DNA of 64,000 nucleotides from Candidatus Entotheonellaceae bacterium (GTDB taxonomy: Bacteria; Tectomicrobia; Entotheonellia; Entotheonellales; Entotheonellaceae), in contig OZ250173.1 in the NCBI GenBank assembly GCA_965238075.1, forward strand, positions 2,752,001 through 2,816,000, written 5' to 3'. Shown here piece after piece: positions 19,843 to 29,682 of this stretch. Positions within the stretch are counted from its first letter, which is position 1; each line of letters begins with the position of its first letter. The position numbers and the translations under genes are program-made. The notes below the pieces were generated by a model that did not search any database, was not told the origin of the DNA, and saw nothing but the letters and a program-made list of their open reading frames with translations.

Positions 19843-20814
19843 ATGCAACGCATACTGGTTACGGGTGCAGCCGGACAAATTGGCTCCGAACTGGTGCCCG
19901 AACTGCGACAACGGTATGGCAACGCCAACGTCATCGCCGCGGGTCACCACACTCCCTTGCCTGCTGACGTCCGGCAGGCCGGCCCTTGCACAACCATTGA
20001 CATATCAGACCATGCGCAGATTGACTGGGCCATCAAAGCCTATGAGATCGACACGATCTACCACCTGAGTTCGATCCTCTCTGCATTGGCCGAGCAACGC
20101 CGCCGGGTGGCGTACCGCGTTAATATACAAGGGCTTTACAATATCCTGGAGGCTGCCGTAGACAATGGCCTTGAACGGGTCATCATTCCCAGCTCCATCG
20201 CAGCCTTCGGGCCGGATACCCCTGGTGATCGTACCCCCAATGAGACCGTACAGAAGCCCAACACGCTTTACGGCATCTCCAAGGTCTTTGGGGAACTCAT
20301 GGGCAATTACTACTTCCATCACCTCGGATGCGACGTGAGAGGGGTCAGGCTGCCCGGCATCATCAGCTGGAAGACCGAACCAACGGCTGGAACGACCGAT
20401 TACGCCGTGGCGATTTTCTATGGCGTCATACGTCAGCGCCACTACACCTGTTACCTGAAGCCAGACACCTTTCTGCCGATGATGTATATGCCGGATGCCA
20501 TCCTGGCCCTCATACAGGTTGCGGAAGCGGATGGGAAGCGACTGCATCATCACGCCGATTTCAACGTCAATGCAATGAGCTTCACACCCTCCGATCTTGC
20601 CAACGCCATACAATCCAGGCTTCCAGAGTTCCGCATCGATTATCGCATCGATCCGCTCCGCCAAGCGATTGCCGATTCCTGGCCGAATTCCTTGGACGAT
20701 TCAGCGGCAAGATCGGAATGGGGTTGGCAACCGAATTTTGATATGGACGCCATGGTTGACGACATGCTGGAAAACCTGACCAGGAAGCTTGCCGCACCAG
20801 AGGGGTCTGGATAA
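19843..20814 (+). CDS. NAD-dependent epimerase/dehydratase, SDR-type L-threonine dehydrogenase-like
   Basis: GAAGQIG, YGISK, GTTDYAV, RQAIADSWP. Confidence 0.85.
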   Translation: MQRILVTGAAGQIGSELVPELRQRYGNANVIAAGHHTPLPADVRQAGPCTTIDISDHAQIDWAIKAYEIDTIYHLSSILSALAEQRRRVAYRVNIQGLYNILEAAVDNGLERVIIPSSIAAFGPDTPGDRTPNETVQKPNTLYGISKVFGELMGNYYFHHLGCDVRGVRLPGIISWKTEPTAGTTDYAVAIFYGVIRQRHYTCYLKPDTFLPMMYMPDAILALIQVAEADGKRLHHHADFNVNAMSFTPSDLANAIQSRLPEFRIDYRIDPLRQAIADSWPNSLDDSAARSEWGWQPNFDMDAMVDDMLENLTRKLAAPEGSG

Positions 20815-20846
20815 AGAAGCCATATCAATAGACTGGAGGGATGCAT

Positions 20847-21638
20847 ATGGACCTGGGATTGCAAGGTCGGGTGGCGATTGTTGGCGGCGCTAGTCAGGGA
20901 CTGGGGCGCGCCTGTGCCATGGGACTGGCCCAAGAGGGCGCACGGGTCGCCATCAGCAGTCGCCGTGCAGAGCCGTTACAGGCAACGGCGCAGGAGATTC
21001 GCTCGGCCACTGGTGTGGAGGTGCTCGCTGTGCCCGGTGACCTCTCCTGCCTGGCCGATATCCAGAACTTGATCCAGCGCACCGTCGACCACTTCGGACG
21101 CCTCGACATCGTGATCAGCAATTCCGGTGGACCGCCAGAGGGCAGGGCGGTGGACACGAGCGAGGACAACTGGGAGCGCGCCATCCAGATGGCGTTGCAA
21201 TTTTTCATCCGCATGAGCCGTGAGGCCGTACCGCACCTCAAGCAGCAGTCATGGGGCCGCATCATCAACATCCTGGCCAGCACCGTGTATCAACCCATCG
21301 ACAATCTGGCGACCTCAGGCGTGACCCGCTTAGGTGCAGTGGCCTTTGCCAAGAGCCTGGCTGATGAAGTAGGCCGGGACAACATCCTGGTCAACAACGT
21401 GGCGCCTGGCTTCCTACTCACCGATCGCATGATGGATCTCTTCAAGACCAGAGCACGGGAAACGGATACGGACCTGGACACCGTGTTGCAAGCGCGCGCT
21501 TCGACGATACCCCTGGGCCGGTTCGGACAGCCCGAAGAATTGGCCAATCTGGTGACGTTTCTGGCCTCGGAAAAGAATAGCTACATAACCGGCACCACTA
21601 TCCTGGTGGACGGTGGCGTTGTCCGGTCGGTCATGTGA
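20847..21638 (+). CDS. SDR oxidoreductase
   Basis: MDLGLQG, GASQGLG, NSGGPP. Confidence 0.88.
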   Translation: MDLGLQGRVAIVGGASQGLGRACAMGLAQEGARVAISSRRAEPLQATAQEIRSATGVEVLAVPGDLSCLADIQNLIQRTVDHFGRLDIVISNSGGPPEGRAVDTSEDNWERAIQMALQFFIRMSREAVPHLKQQSWGRIINILASTVYQPIDNLATSGVTRLGAVAFAKSLADEVGRDNILVNNVAPGFLLTDRMMDLFKTRARETDTDLDTVLQARASTIPLGRFGQPEELANLVTFLASEKNSYITGTTILVDGGVVRSVM

Positions 21639-21645
21639 GGGCGCC

Positions 21646-22548
21646 TTAACCTTTCTCGTGCTCGGCCAGGAAGGCGAGTAATTCCGCGGCGGTTTCGTGA
21701 GGCCGTTCTTCGGGGAGGAAATGGCCGCAGTCGATACCCTTGCCGCGAACGTCGTGGGCACGCTCTCGCCACGTGTCGAGCATGTTGAGCTTGGCGCCGG
21801 TCTGCCAGCCGGGGCGTCTTGCCATGTTGGCGCCCCAAAGAACCAGAACCGGGCAATCCAGCTTGCGGCCGCGGTCGGCGTCGTCGTGTTCCAGGTCGAG
21901 TGCGATGGCCCGGTAATCCCCACATGTGGCGCGGATCGTCTCGGGGTTGTCAAAGCAGCGCAGGTATTCCGCGTAGGCTTCGGACGTGATGGCTCCGGTC
22001 ACGGCGGTCCACTGTTCCAGCAGAAAATCCAGGTACACCTTGGCGCTGTTGCCGATCAGCGTTTCCGGTAGCGGCGACGGCTGGCGCATCAGGTTCCAGT
22101 GAAACCACGAATACGCCAGCTGACTGTCCATGGCCTCGAAGGCCGCCTGCGACGGCACGACGTCGAGCGAAGTGAGGCTGCGCACGCGTCCCGGATGGTC
22201 CAGCGCCAAGCGATGACTGACCCGCGCGCCGCGGTCGTGCCCGACGAGGTGGAAGGTATCGAAACCCAGCGCCGCCATCACCTCGACCTGATCCTGCGCC
22301 ATGCTGCGCTTGCAATACACGCTGTGATCGCCCGCCGCGGCCGGCGGCTTATCGCTGTCGCCGTAGCCCCGCAGATCGGGTGCCACGATGGTGTGCCGAT
22401 TGGCCAGCAACGGCGCCACTTTGTGCCATTCGACGTGGGTTTGCGGATAGCCGTGCAACAGCAGTACCGGCGGCCCGCTGCCGCCATGCACCGCATGGAT
22501 ACCCACACCGTTGACCGTCAGCCGGGTCCGAGTAAAACCGTCAAACAT
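21646..22548 (-). CDS. Alpha/beta hydrolase, haloacetate dehalogenase-like
   Basis: LHGYPQ, GHDRGARV, FHW, DYRA, GHFLPEE. Confidence 0.8.
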   Translation of the reverse strand: MFDGFTRTRLTVNGVGIHAVHGGSGPPVLLLHGYPQTHVEWHKVAPLLANRHTIVAPDLRGYGDSDKPPAAAGDHSVYCKRSMAQDQVEVMAALGFDTFHLVGHDRGARVSHRLALDHPGRVRSLTSLDVVPSQAAFEAMDSQLAYSWFHWNLMRQPSPLPETLIGNSAKVYLDFLLEQWTAVTGAITSEAYAEYLRCFDNPETIRATCGDYRAIALDLEHDDADRGRKLDCPVLVLWGANMARRPGWQTGAKLNMLDTWRERAHDVRGKGIDCGHFLPEERPHETAAELLAFLAEHEKG

Positions 22549-22619
22549 CGTGGATTCTCCTGGGAAATCCTGGAGGTGAGAAGGTCTGACCCATTCCGCC
22601 GATTCTCACCGCCCGCCTG

Positions 22620-22960
22620 ACACGCCCCGGTCGCTTCGGCGGGGGCCTGTCCCGGACTGGCTCCAGGGCGGGAGTCCAGAAGGCTTTCCGGGGCCAGGGT
22701 CGCTGGATTCCGGCCTGCGCCAGAATGACGATTTGAGGGCTTTGGATGGTCTGTCTTCATAGTAATCAACGATGCGCCCCCGTTCACGGGGTCAGGCTCT
22801 GCAGGCCACATGAAGGGTCATGGAAAGGGGTTCCGGGGCGACCACCGCCCCCCTGACAAGGGGGTTGGGGGGTTACGTTCCCCCCAGGTGGGCCCCGTGC
22901 CCACCCTGTGGATGCCCGCCTGCGCGGGACCCTGGGCACCCACAAGGGGCGCCACTACGA
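22620..22960. repeat. Mosaic of several REP-like palindromic elements
   Basis: CTGGATTCCGGCCTGCGCCAGAATGACG (22703-22730), CCCCCCTGACAAGGGGG, TGGATGCCCGCCTGCGCGGG, GGGCACCCACAAGGGGCGCCACTAC (22934-22958). Confidence 0.6.
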
Positions 22961-23104
22961 CGGTCGGGGGCGTTGCGCAGGCAATTTTCATTAGGAATGA
23001 CGACTACAGGGGCAGGAATTGGCGCCGGCCCCCCTGGCACCGCGGCCAGGGGCCGCCAATGACCAAGGGGGCTCAACAGAACAGGGGACATGATGGGGTA
23101 AGGA

Positions 23105-24136
23105 TCAGCCCCGCTGATAAATCTGCAGGCGGTGCCGGTTGGTCTCCGCGACGTACAGCCGATTGTCTGCGTCCACCGTGACCGAAGCCGGTCCCCAGAA
23201 GTAGGGTTCGGTCTGCGAAGAAATTTGGTAGGGCGTTTCGAGGTGCGGCGGTAAAGACGGCGTCAGGTCGGCGACCTCCCTCGTTCCCTGCTCGTCGGGA
23301 TTGACCGCAAAGAACGCCTCGGCCCACTTCGACAGCGTCGCCTGGCCCCGCAGCCGCTGCTGAAAACTGCCGTCCGGTCCTAGTACCTGTATCCGTTCGT
23401 TGCCCCAGTCCGCCACGTAAATGTTGCCATCCGCGTCCACCGCCACGCCGGAGGGTCGGCTGAACTGGCCGTCGCCGTCACCCGAGCTGCCGAATGCCGC
23501 CACATACGTTCCGTCGCCGGTGAACTTCTGGACGCGGTCGTTTCGCCAATCAGCCACGTATACGTGGCTGCCGGCGGCGCATAGCCCCCACGGCATGTTG
23601 AACTGACCGCTGCCGGCGCCTTTCTCGCCCCACTGGCCCATATACTGGCCGTCCGTCGTGAACTTCTGAATGCGGTGATTGTTCTGGTCCGCGATGTAAA
23701 CGTTGTCATCGTCGTCGATGGCAATGCCGGCTGGCCCGTTCACCTGCCCGTCGCCGCTGCCCATGACGCCCCACTTGCCCAGGAAAGTTCCGTCGGAGGT
23801 GTTGAAAATCGACACGCGGTGGAGATATTCGTCCGTGACGTACAGCCGCTCCTGGCCGTCCAACGCCATCGCCACCGGCAGTCCAAACTGGCCGTCGCCC
23901 TCGCCAAACCCGTTGCCGAACTCGCCCAGGTATTCCTCATCGAGGTTGCAAATGCCGATCCGGATGGCTGTCGCCCGCGCCGGGTCGCAGCGGTTGAGCA
24001 CGAAAATGCGCCCGTCACGGCTCACCACCACATCGTGCGGGTTGGCAAAACCGCGTCCGTTATCGCCGTTGTTCACGATACCGATGGTCTTGACGTATGC
24101 CATCGTCACGCCCTGCATCACGCCTTGCGTACTCAC
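23105..24136 (-). CDS. NHL-repeat beta-propeller protein
   Basis: Repeated GQFxxPxGxAxD...YVADxxNxRIQ units. Confidence 0.9.
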   Translation of the reverse strand: MSTQGVMQGVTMAYVKTIGIVNNGDNGRGFANPHDVVVSRDGRIFVLNRCDPARATAIRIGICNLDEEYLGEFGNGFGEGDGQFGLPVAMALDGQERLYVTDEYLHRVSIFNTSDGTFLGKWGVMGSGDGQVNGPAGIAIDDDDNVYIADQNNHRIQKFTTDGQYMGQWGEKGAGSGQFNMPWGLCAAGSHVYVADWRNDRVQKFTGDGTYVAAFGSSGDGDGQFSRPSGVAVDADGNIYVADWGNERIQVLGPDGSFQQRLRGQATLSKWAEAFFAVNPDEQGTREVADLTPSLPPHLETPYQISSQTEPYFWGPASVTVDADNRLYVAETNRHRLQIYQRG

Positions 24137-24158
24137 GCCTCAACCTCCCTCTTGATAT

Positions 24159-24196
24159 AAAAAAATGGGCGGGCTGTAAAACCAAGGCCCGCCCGC
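24159..24196 (-). terminator. Intrinsic terminator after DUF1800
   Basis: GGGCGGGC...GCCCGCCC stem followed by a T-run on minus strand. Confidence 0.7.
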
Positions 24197-24205
24197 GAAA
24201 TGCCA

Positions 24206-25624
24206 TTACGCCAACTGATACTCCCGGGTCGAGGCAATAATCCGCAACACGTTGCTGACCCGTTGCTCCGTGGCATCGCCCGGCTGATGGCCGCTGAGGT
24301 TCAGCGCGCCGCCGCCCGCCGCGGCGAAGTCCACCAGCGCCGTGCGCGTATCGTCCTCAACCGCCACCGGCCCCAGCAGGTCCAGACACTGATCGACGAG
24401 TTGCTCCGGCGTCAACACGCCGCCGTTCTCGGCGGCCAGACGGTCGATGATGGCCCGCACGCCCGGCTTATCCAGGCTGCTCAGCTCCTGCGCCACGAAG
24501 TTGACCCGCTCGACCAGCGAACCGCTGTCGATCCACTCCATGCCCTCATGCCAGCCCTCAACGGATGGCGGCTGCAGCAGGCCCTGCCCCATGAAGAGGC
24601 CCTGATAGGCCATCTGGTGCACGCCCAGCGTCGGGGTGCGGTAACTGCCGGCTTGCCGGATGGCGCCCACCAGAAGCTCCACCGGCCCCTTCACCCGCGC
24701 ATAACGCGCCTTTTCAGACATGAAATAATCCGACAGGAACAGCGTCCGCAGCACCGCGCGAATCTCGTAGCCGGAGTCGAAGTACGACTGCATCATCGCC
24801 TCGACCACCTGCTCACCATCGGCGTCCGCTTCGTCGGCGGCGAAGAACTGGAACAGCCGCGTGCTGACGAAACGCGCCGTCGCCTGCTGCCGGGCGATAA
24901 TGCCGATGATGTCCTCACCGTTGAAATTGCCCGTCTCGCCCAGGAACGTCTTCTGTCCCTCGTCGTGGTCCCAGTCGCGGTACTGGAAGTGCCAGGCGAT
25001 ACGGCTGTACGGCCAGATCGAATCCTTGCTGGCGCGCATCGCCATATACTCGGCGTTGCCCAGCGTCCAGCCGGTGAACGCCCGCGAGCACTCCTTGATG
25101 TCCTCTTCCGTGTAGTTGCCGATGCCCATCGAGAACAGCTCGAGCAGCTCGCGCCCGTAGTTTTCGTTGATGGCACCCTTGTGGTTGTCGGTGTTGTCCA
25201 GCCACAGCAACATCGCCGGGTCCTTGGACAACTCCACCAGCAGGGCGTCGAAGCGCCCCAGGCCGTGGCGCCGGAACATGTCGATCTGATTCAGCAAGGC
25301 TCTCGCCTGGTTCAGCTTGCTGTAGCCGGTGGCGAACAGCCCGTGCCAGAACAGGGCGATCTTTTCTTCCAGCGGGCACTTGGTCGTGACCATGCGATAC
25401 AGCCAATTGGCGCCCGCGCCGTCCAACTGCCGCAGTTCCGACTGATCGACGTGGTAACGCCGGATAATGTCATCGGGCATCACTTCCGGGTCGCCAGGGT
25501 TGAGCAGTTCATCCACCGTCGCCGTGTAGCCCTGCGCGGCGTAGGCCTCGAGCTCGTCCCGCGTGGCTCCAAAGCCGGCGCGACGCATCAGGTGGGCCAG
25601 AAGCGCAAAGTCCTGATTACTCAT
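24206..25624 (-). CDS. DUF1800 domain protein
   Basis: HLMRRAGFG, FWHGLFAT, NENYGRELLELFSMG. Confidence 0.9.
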   Translation of the reverse strand: MSNQDFALLAHLMRRAGFGATRDELEAYAAQGYTATVDELLNPGDPEVMPDDIIRRYHVDQSELRQLDGAGANWLYRMVTTKCPLEEKIALFWHGLFATGYSKLNQARALLNQIDMFRRHGLGRFDALLVELSKDPAMLLWLDNTDNHKGAINENYGRELLELFSMGIGNYTEEDIKECSRAFTGWTLGNAEYMAMRASKDSIWPYSRIAWHFQYRDWDHDEGQKTFLGETGNFNGEDIIGIIARQQATARFVSTRLFQFFAADEADADGEQVVEAMMQSYFDSGYEIRAVLRTLFLSDYFMSEKARYARVKGPVELLVGAIRQAGSYRTPTLGVHQMAYQGLFMGQGLLQPPSVEGWHEGMEWIDSGSLVERVNFVAQELSSLDKPGVRAIIDRLAAENGGVLTPEQLVDQCLDLLGPVAVEDDTRTALVDFAAAGGGALNLSGHQPGDATEQRVSNVLRIIASTREYQLA

Positions 25625-25681
25625 GTTCCTGTCTCCTTATCCTGTTCGCACATCGGCGGATTGGCTGTTTGGAGTTCTCCT

Positions 25682-26824
25682 TTACGCAACCGCCGGTTTG
25701 AGGAAATCGAACTGCTCGAAATGTCCATTGACGATCGGCGCGGATTCCAGCCCCATCCACTGCTCCAACAGAGTGGCGTAGGTGCAGCGGAAATCATTAT
25801 TGAAATGCAGATCGCCTTCGAGTTGGTCTTTTTCTTCCAGGGAGGGATATTCGCCGTACATGCCGCCCTTCACCGAATCGCCGATGACGAACGCCACGCC
25901 GCCGGAACCGTGATCGCTGCCGGAGCCGTTGTCCTTCACGCGTCGCCCGAACTCCGAGAAAATGTAAATCACGGTGTCGTCAAGGCGATTGTGTAGCTTC
26001 AGGTCGTCCATGAAGCTTCCCACCGCGCTGTCGACGTGCTCCCACAGCTGGGCGTGCGTCGGCAGTTCGCCGGAATGCGTGTCGAAGCTGGCGTGGGTGG
26101 TGTAATAAATGCGGGTGCCGATGTCGGCGAGGAGTACCTGGGCTATAGCCTTGAGGTTATGCGCCACGGGATTGTCGGGATAGTTGACCGTGGAGGCATA
26201 CTGGGCCGGCGCCTGGCGAAGAATGTCGGCGCCCTTGAGCACATCGGCGCCTGTCTGCCCGAGATAATCGAAGACAACGTCCCGGCCCGCCGCGCCGCCG
26301 TACATCTTGGTGAAGGTTGCCAGGGCGGATTGCTTGAGCGCTTCGTCTTGCAGGTCCGGGAACAAGCCGTAGGTGTCGAGGTTGCCCACCGACGCCACCG
26401 GAACGCCCCGCAGACCCAATGCCCGCGGCAGGCCACGACCGAAGTTGATGCCCGTCAGCACGTTCTCAGACTTGGGATCGAGCTCGCGAATAACGCGACC
26501 CAGCCAGCCCTCGGTGCCGATCTTGGCGGGCTCGGCGGTGTGCCAGATGTCCAGAGAACGGAAGTGGGAACGATTGGGGTTGGGATAGCCGATGCCGTTG
26601 ATGATGGCGACTTTGCCTTCGTCCCACAAATTCTTGATGGCGCCCATGCTGGGGTGGAATCCGAAGTGATCGTTGATGGGCAGGACGGCATCGGGGGCGA
26701 TGTGAACGGTGGATCGGAAATCGTAATACAGGCCGTTGCTGTAGGGTACCACGGTGTCGAGGCAGTCGTTGCCGCCGCTAAGCTGTATCACCACCAGCTT
26801 TTTGTCACGCTGAGAAACCATCAT
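25682..26824 (-). CDS. DUF1501 domain protein (no Tat signal)
   Basis: LSGGND, NRSHF, FDTH, SEFGRR, DHG; start at ATG 26824 after AAGGAG. Confidence 0.9.
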   Translation of the reverse strand: MMVSQRDKKLVVIQLSGGNDCLDTVVPYSNGLYYDFRSTVHIAPDAVLPINDHFGFHPSMGAIKNLWDEGKVAIINGIGYPNPNRSHFRSLDIWHTAEPAKIGTEGWLGRVIRELDPKSENVLTGINFGRGLPRALGLRGVPVASVGNLDTYGLFPDLQDEALKQSALATFTKMYGGAAGRDVVFDYLGQTGADVLKGADILRQAPAQYASTVNYPDNPVAHNLKAIAQVLLADIGTRIYYTTHASFDTHSGELPTHAQLWEHVDSAVGSFMDDLKLHNRLDDTVIYIFSEFGRRVKDNGSGSDHGSGGVAFVIGDSVKGGMYGEYPSLEEKDQLEGDLHFNNDFRCTYATLLEQWMGLESAPIVNGHFEQFDFLKPAVA

Positions 26825-26987
26825 CTTCTCCTTTCCGGATGGGTTGTTCGCAAACGGGTCGTCGGGATGACCGGGTGCCGAAGTATAACCGATAAACACG
26901 ATTCGGCCCTGAGGCGCTACCCTGTCGATATAACATATATCCATCAACGAGTACAGGGCATTTACCCAGCGGGTTTGCAGGGTTGTT

Positions 26988-27359
26988 TTATGACGCCCGT
27001 GCTGCCTGCAGACAGCGTTCGTGCCAGAATCGGGACCACGCCTCGTACTGTCCCAAATCCGGCTGATACCTGTCGTGGTATATCATCGCAATGCCGCCGA
27101 TCTGCCCGGCAACGTCGAACACCGTCAGCGCCACACGTACCAATTGCCCACGGTATTGCTCGCGCCGGTCGGCTTCGATGAACTTGGCGTCGGACAACGA
27201 AAACAGTCCCGCCTCGTTCATGGGTGTGAGAACGCGTTCCCGTAAGTCTTCAACCGCCATGTCCTGGGCGAACACGTACAGACTCAGCCGCCCGGGGTCG
27301 AAGGCGATCACCTTCGCATGGTCCAACAGCCAATCAAAGTCAACCTTGCCTGACGCCAT
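26988..27359 (-). CDS. Hypothetical protein
   Basis: 123-aa ORF with AAGGAG RBS; no family recognised. Confidence 0.6.
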   Translation of the reverse strand: MASGKVDFDWLLDHAKVIAFDPGRLSLYVFAQDMAVEDLRERVLTPMNEAGLFSLSDAKFIEADRREQYRGQLVRVALTVFDVAGQIGGIAMIYHDRYQPDLGQYEAWSRFWHERCLQAARAS

Positions 27360-27429
27360 ACCAGACTCTCCTTAATCGACTTCCAGGGTGCACGCAAGCT
27401 TCGGATTCATGTTAGCACCGGCGCGTTTT

Positions 27430-28500
27430 CTAGCTGCCGTCCGAAGTCATCTGCGTTGGCTCGAACAGCGACGCAATGGTTTCGGAGTTGGGCGGCATGG
27501 CGACACCGGCTTCGGTGATGATACCGCGGATGTAGGGGGCGGGGGTCACGTCGAAAGCGGGGTTGGCGACTTCGACGTCGGCAGCCGCGATGCGTTGGCT
27601 GCCGACGAGGCGGACTTCGTCGCCATGGCGTTGTTCGATAGGGATGGCAGCGCCGGTTTCAAGGGCGCGGTCAATAGTAGAAAGGGGCGCGGCGACGTAG
27701 AAGGGCAGGGCGTGCTCCTTGGCGAGTACGGCGAGGCCGTAGGTGCCGATTTTGTTGGCGGTGTCGCCATTCGCAGCGATGCGGTCGGCGCCGACGATGA
27801 TCAGATCGATCTTGCCTTCCCGCATGAAGTACCCGGCCATATTGTCGGTGATGAGCGTGACCGGGATGTCGTCCCGCTGCAGTTCCCACGTGGTGAGGCG
27901 GGCGCCTTGCAAAAAGGGCCGGGTTTCGTCGGCAAAAACCTGGATGTGCCGGTCGGCGAAGTGCGCGGCGCGTATCACGCCGAGGGCGGTGCCGTAGCCG
28001 GCTGTGGCCAGGGCGCCGGCGTTGCAGTGGGTCAGAACCGTGCTTTGAGGCGGCACCAGCGGCAGGCCGTGCTCGCCGATACGACGATTGATATCGATGT
28101 CTTCCCGCCACAGGCGGTGTGCCTCCAACGTGAGCGCCTCCTGTAGTTGCCGCAAGGAACCGTCGAGATACGGCTCGGCGCAGGCGCGCATGCGTTCAAT
28201 GGCCCAGAACAGGTTGACGGCGGTTGGCCGGGTTTGCGCCATGAGCTGGCAGATGGATTCAAGCCGGGCCTTCATGTTGTCTTCAGACTCGTGCGACACC
28301 TGCCGCATGCCCAGTGCGATGCCTGCCGCCGCCGTCACCCCAATGGCCGGGGCGCCGCGTACCACCATCGTGCGGATGGCCTCGGCAACATCTTCGGCCG
28401 TACGGCACATGACGTACTGTTCAGAAGTCGGCAGCTTGCGCTGATCAAGTAGCCGTACAGCGTCCTCAAGAATTTCGATCGTGCGGATGAGCGATTCCAT
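27430..28500 (-). CDS. mtnA: S-methyl-5-thioribose-1-phosphate isomerase
   Basis: [39 protein letters not shown]. Confidence 0.95.
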   Translation of the reverse strand: MESLIRTIEILEDAVRLLDQRKLPTSEQYVMCRTAEDVAEAIRTMVVRGAPAIGVTAAAGIALGMRQVSHESEDNMKARLESICQLMAQTRPTAVNLFWAIERMRACAEPYLDGSLRQLQEALTLEAHRLWREDIDINRRIGEHGLPLVPPQSTVLTHCNAGALATAGYGTALGVIRAAHFADRHIQVFADETRPFLQGARLTTWELQRDDIPVTLITDNMAGYFMREGKIDLIIVGADRIAANGDTANKIGTYGLAVLAKEHALPFYVAAPLSTIDRALETGAAIPIEQRHGDEVRLVGSQRIAAADVEVANPAFDVTPAPYIRGIITEAGVAMPPNSETIASLFEPTQMTSDGS

Positions 28501-28509
28501 AACAGACCT

Positions 28510-28830
28510 TTAGGCGGGTGAGTGGGGGATACCCAAGGCAGCGGCGACTTGCGGCAGGGTGACCCCCGCAATATGGACGAGCTTGTGGCGGCTTTTTTGG
28601 CCGGACTGCAGTCGGACCTGTGAGCGGCGCACGCGCAGCGCCTTGGTCAGGAAGGCCAGGCAGGCGGCGTTGGCGGCCCCGTCAACCGGCGGCGCCGTAA
28701 GACGCAGACGGAGGTCATGATCGTGCACGCCATCAAAGCGTTCCATTCTGGCGCCGGGCTGTACGCGCACGCGCAACAAAACACCCTTGGGGGTAGCGGT
28801 AAGTACGGGCGAGTGAGGAACCGCTGCCAT
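28510..28830 (-). CDS. yggU: DUF167 (YggU) family protein
   Basis: RVQPGA, APPVDGAAN, GQKSRHK; next to proC. Confidence 0.88.
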   Translation of the reverse strand: MAAVPHSPVLTATPKGVLLRVRVQPGARMERFDGVHDHDLRLRLTAPPVDGAANAACLAFLTKALRVRRSQVRLQSGQKSRHKLVHIAGVTLPQVAAALGIPHSPA

Positions 28831-28842
28831 GCCGCCGAGCCC

Positions 28843-29682
28843 CTATTTGAGACCCCGGCCAAGCTCTTGCGAACGTTCGGTGGCGCGGCGTACGGCCGCC
28901 ATCATCAGCCCTCGCAAGCCACCGTCTTCCAGCGCCTGCATGCCGGCGATGGTGGTGCCGGCGGGTGAGGTCACCATGTCCTTCAGTTCACCCGGATGTT
29001 TCCCGGTTTCGAGGACCATCTTGGCGGCGCCCAAGACGGTTTGCGCGGCTAGCATGGTGGCGGTCGAGCGGTCCAGGCCCATCAGGACACCGCCGTCGGA
29101 AAGGCCCTCAATGAGAGCAAAAACGAACGCCGGACCGCTGCCGCTCAAGCCGGTGACGGTGTCCATCACGCCGTCGCTTACGACCGTGGCACGGCCGACG
29201 ACGTTGAAGATGCGTTCCACCAGGGCGATGTCCGCTGGAGTGGCCACAGCGCTAGGTGAAATGCCTGCGGCACCAGCCAGAACCAGGGCCGGCGTGTTCG
29301 GCATGACCCGCACGACACGGCTGTCGTCAGCCAGAGCGCGTTGCAGGGTGGACAGGGGGATTCCCGCAGCGATCGAGACGATCAGCTTATCCCGGTTGAC
29401 CTCCGGCGCGATGGATTCCAGCAACGCCGGCACGGTTTGCGGTTTCACGGCCAGGAAAATGACTTGGCTATCGCGCACCGCCTGCGGATTATCGTGGGAG
29501 GTGCAAATACCGTATTCCTCGCGCAGATAATCGCGTCGCTCCCGGATGACGTCAGTGGCCACGATGTGCCGGGGATTCACGGCCAAGCCGGTGAGCAAGC
29601 CCTTGATAAGGGCCTCGGCCATATTGCCGCCGCCGAGAAAGGCGAAGCGCAGATTTTCGATCATGGTTTCCCCCTGGCTCAT
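28843..29682 (-). CDS. proC: Pyrroline-5-carboxylate reductase
   Basis: GGGNMA, RVMPNTP, SGSGPA, VTSPAGTT. Confidence 0.95.
   Translation of the reverse strand: MSQGETMIENLRFAFLGGGNMAEALIKGLLTGLAVNPRHIVATDVIRERRDYLREEYGICTSHDNPQAVRDSQVIFLAVKPQTVPALLESIAPEVNRDKLIVSIAAGIPLSTLQRALADDSRVVRVMPNTPALVLAGAAGISPSAVATPADIALVERIFNVVGRATVVSDGVMDTVTGLSGSGPAFVFALIEGLSDGGVLMGLDRSTATMLAAQTVLGAAKMVLETGKHPGELKDMVTSPAGTTIAGMQALEDGGLRGLMMAAVRRATERSQELGRGLK

Noticed and set aside
24200-25996. 598-aa plus-strand ORF
   Set aside because: Antisense shadow of DUF1800/DUF1501
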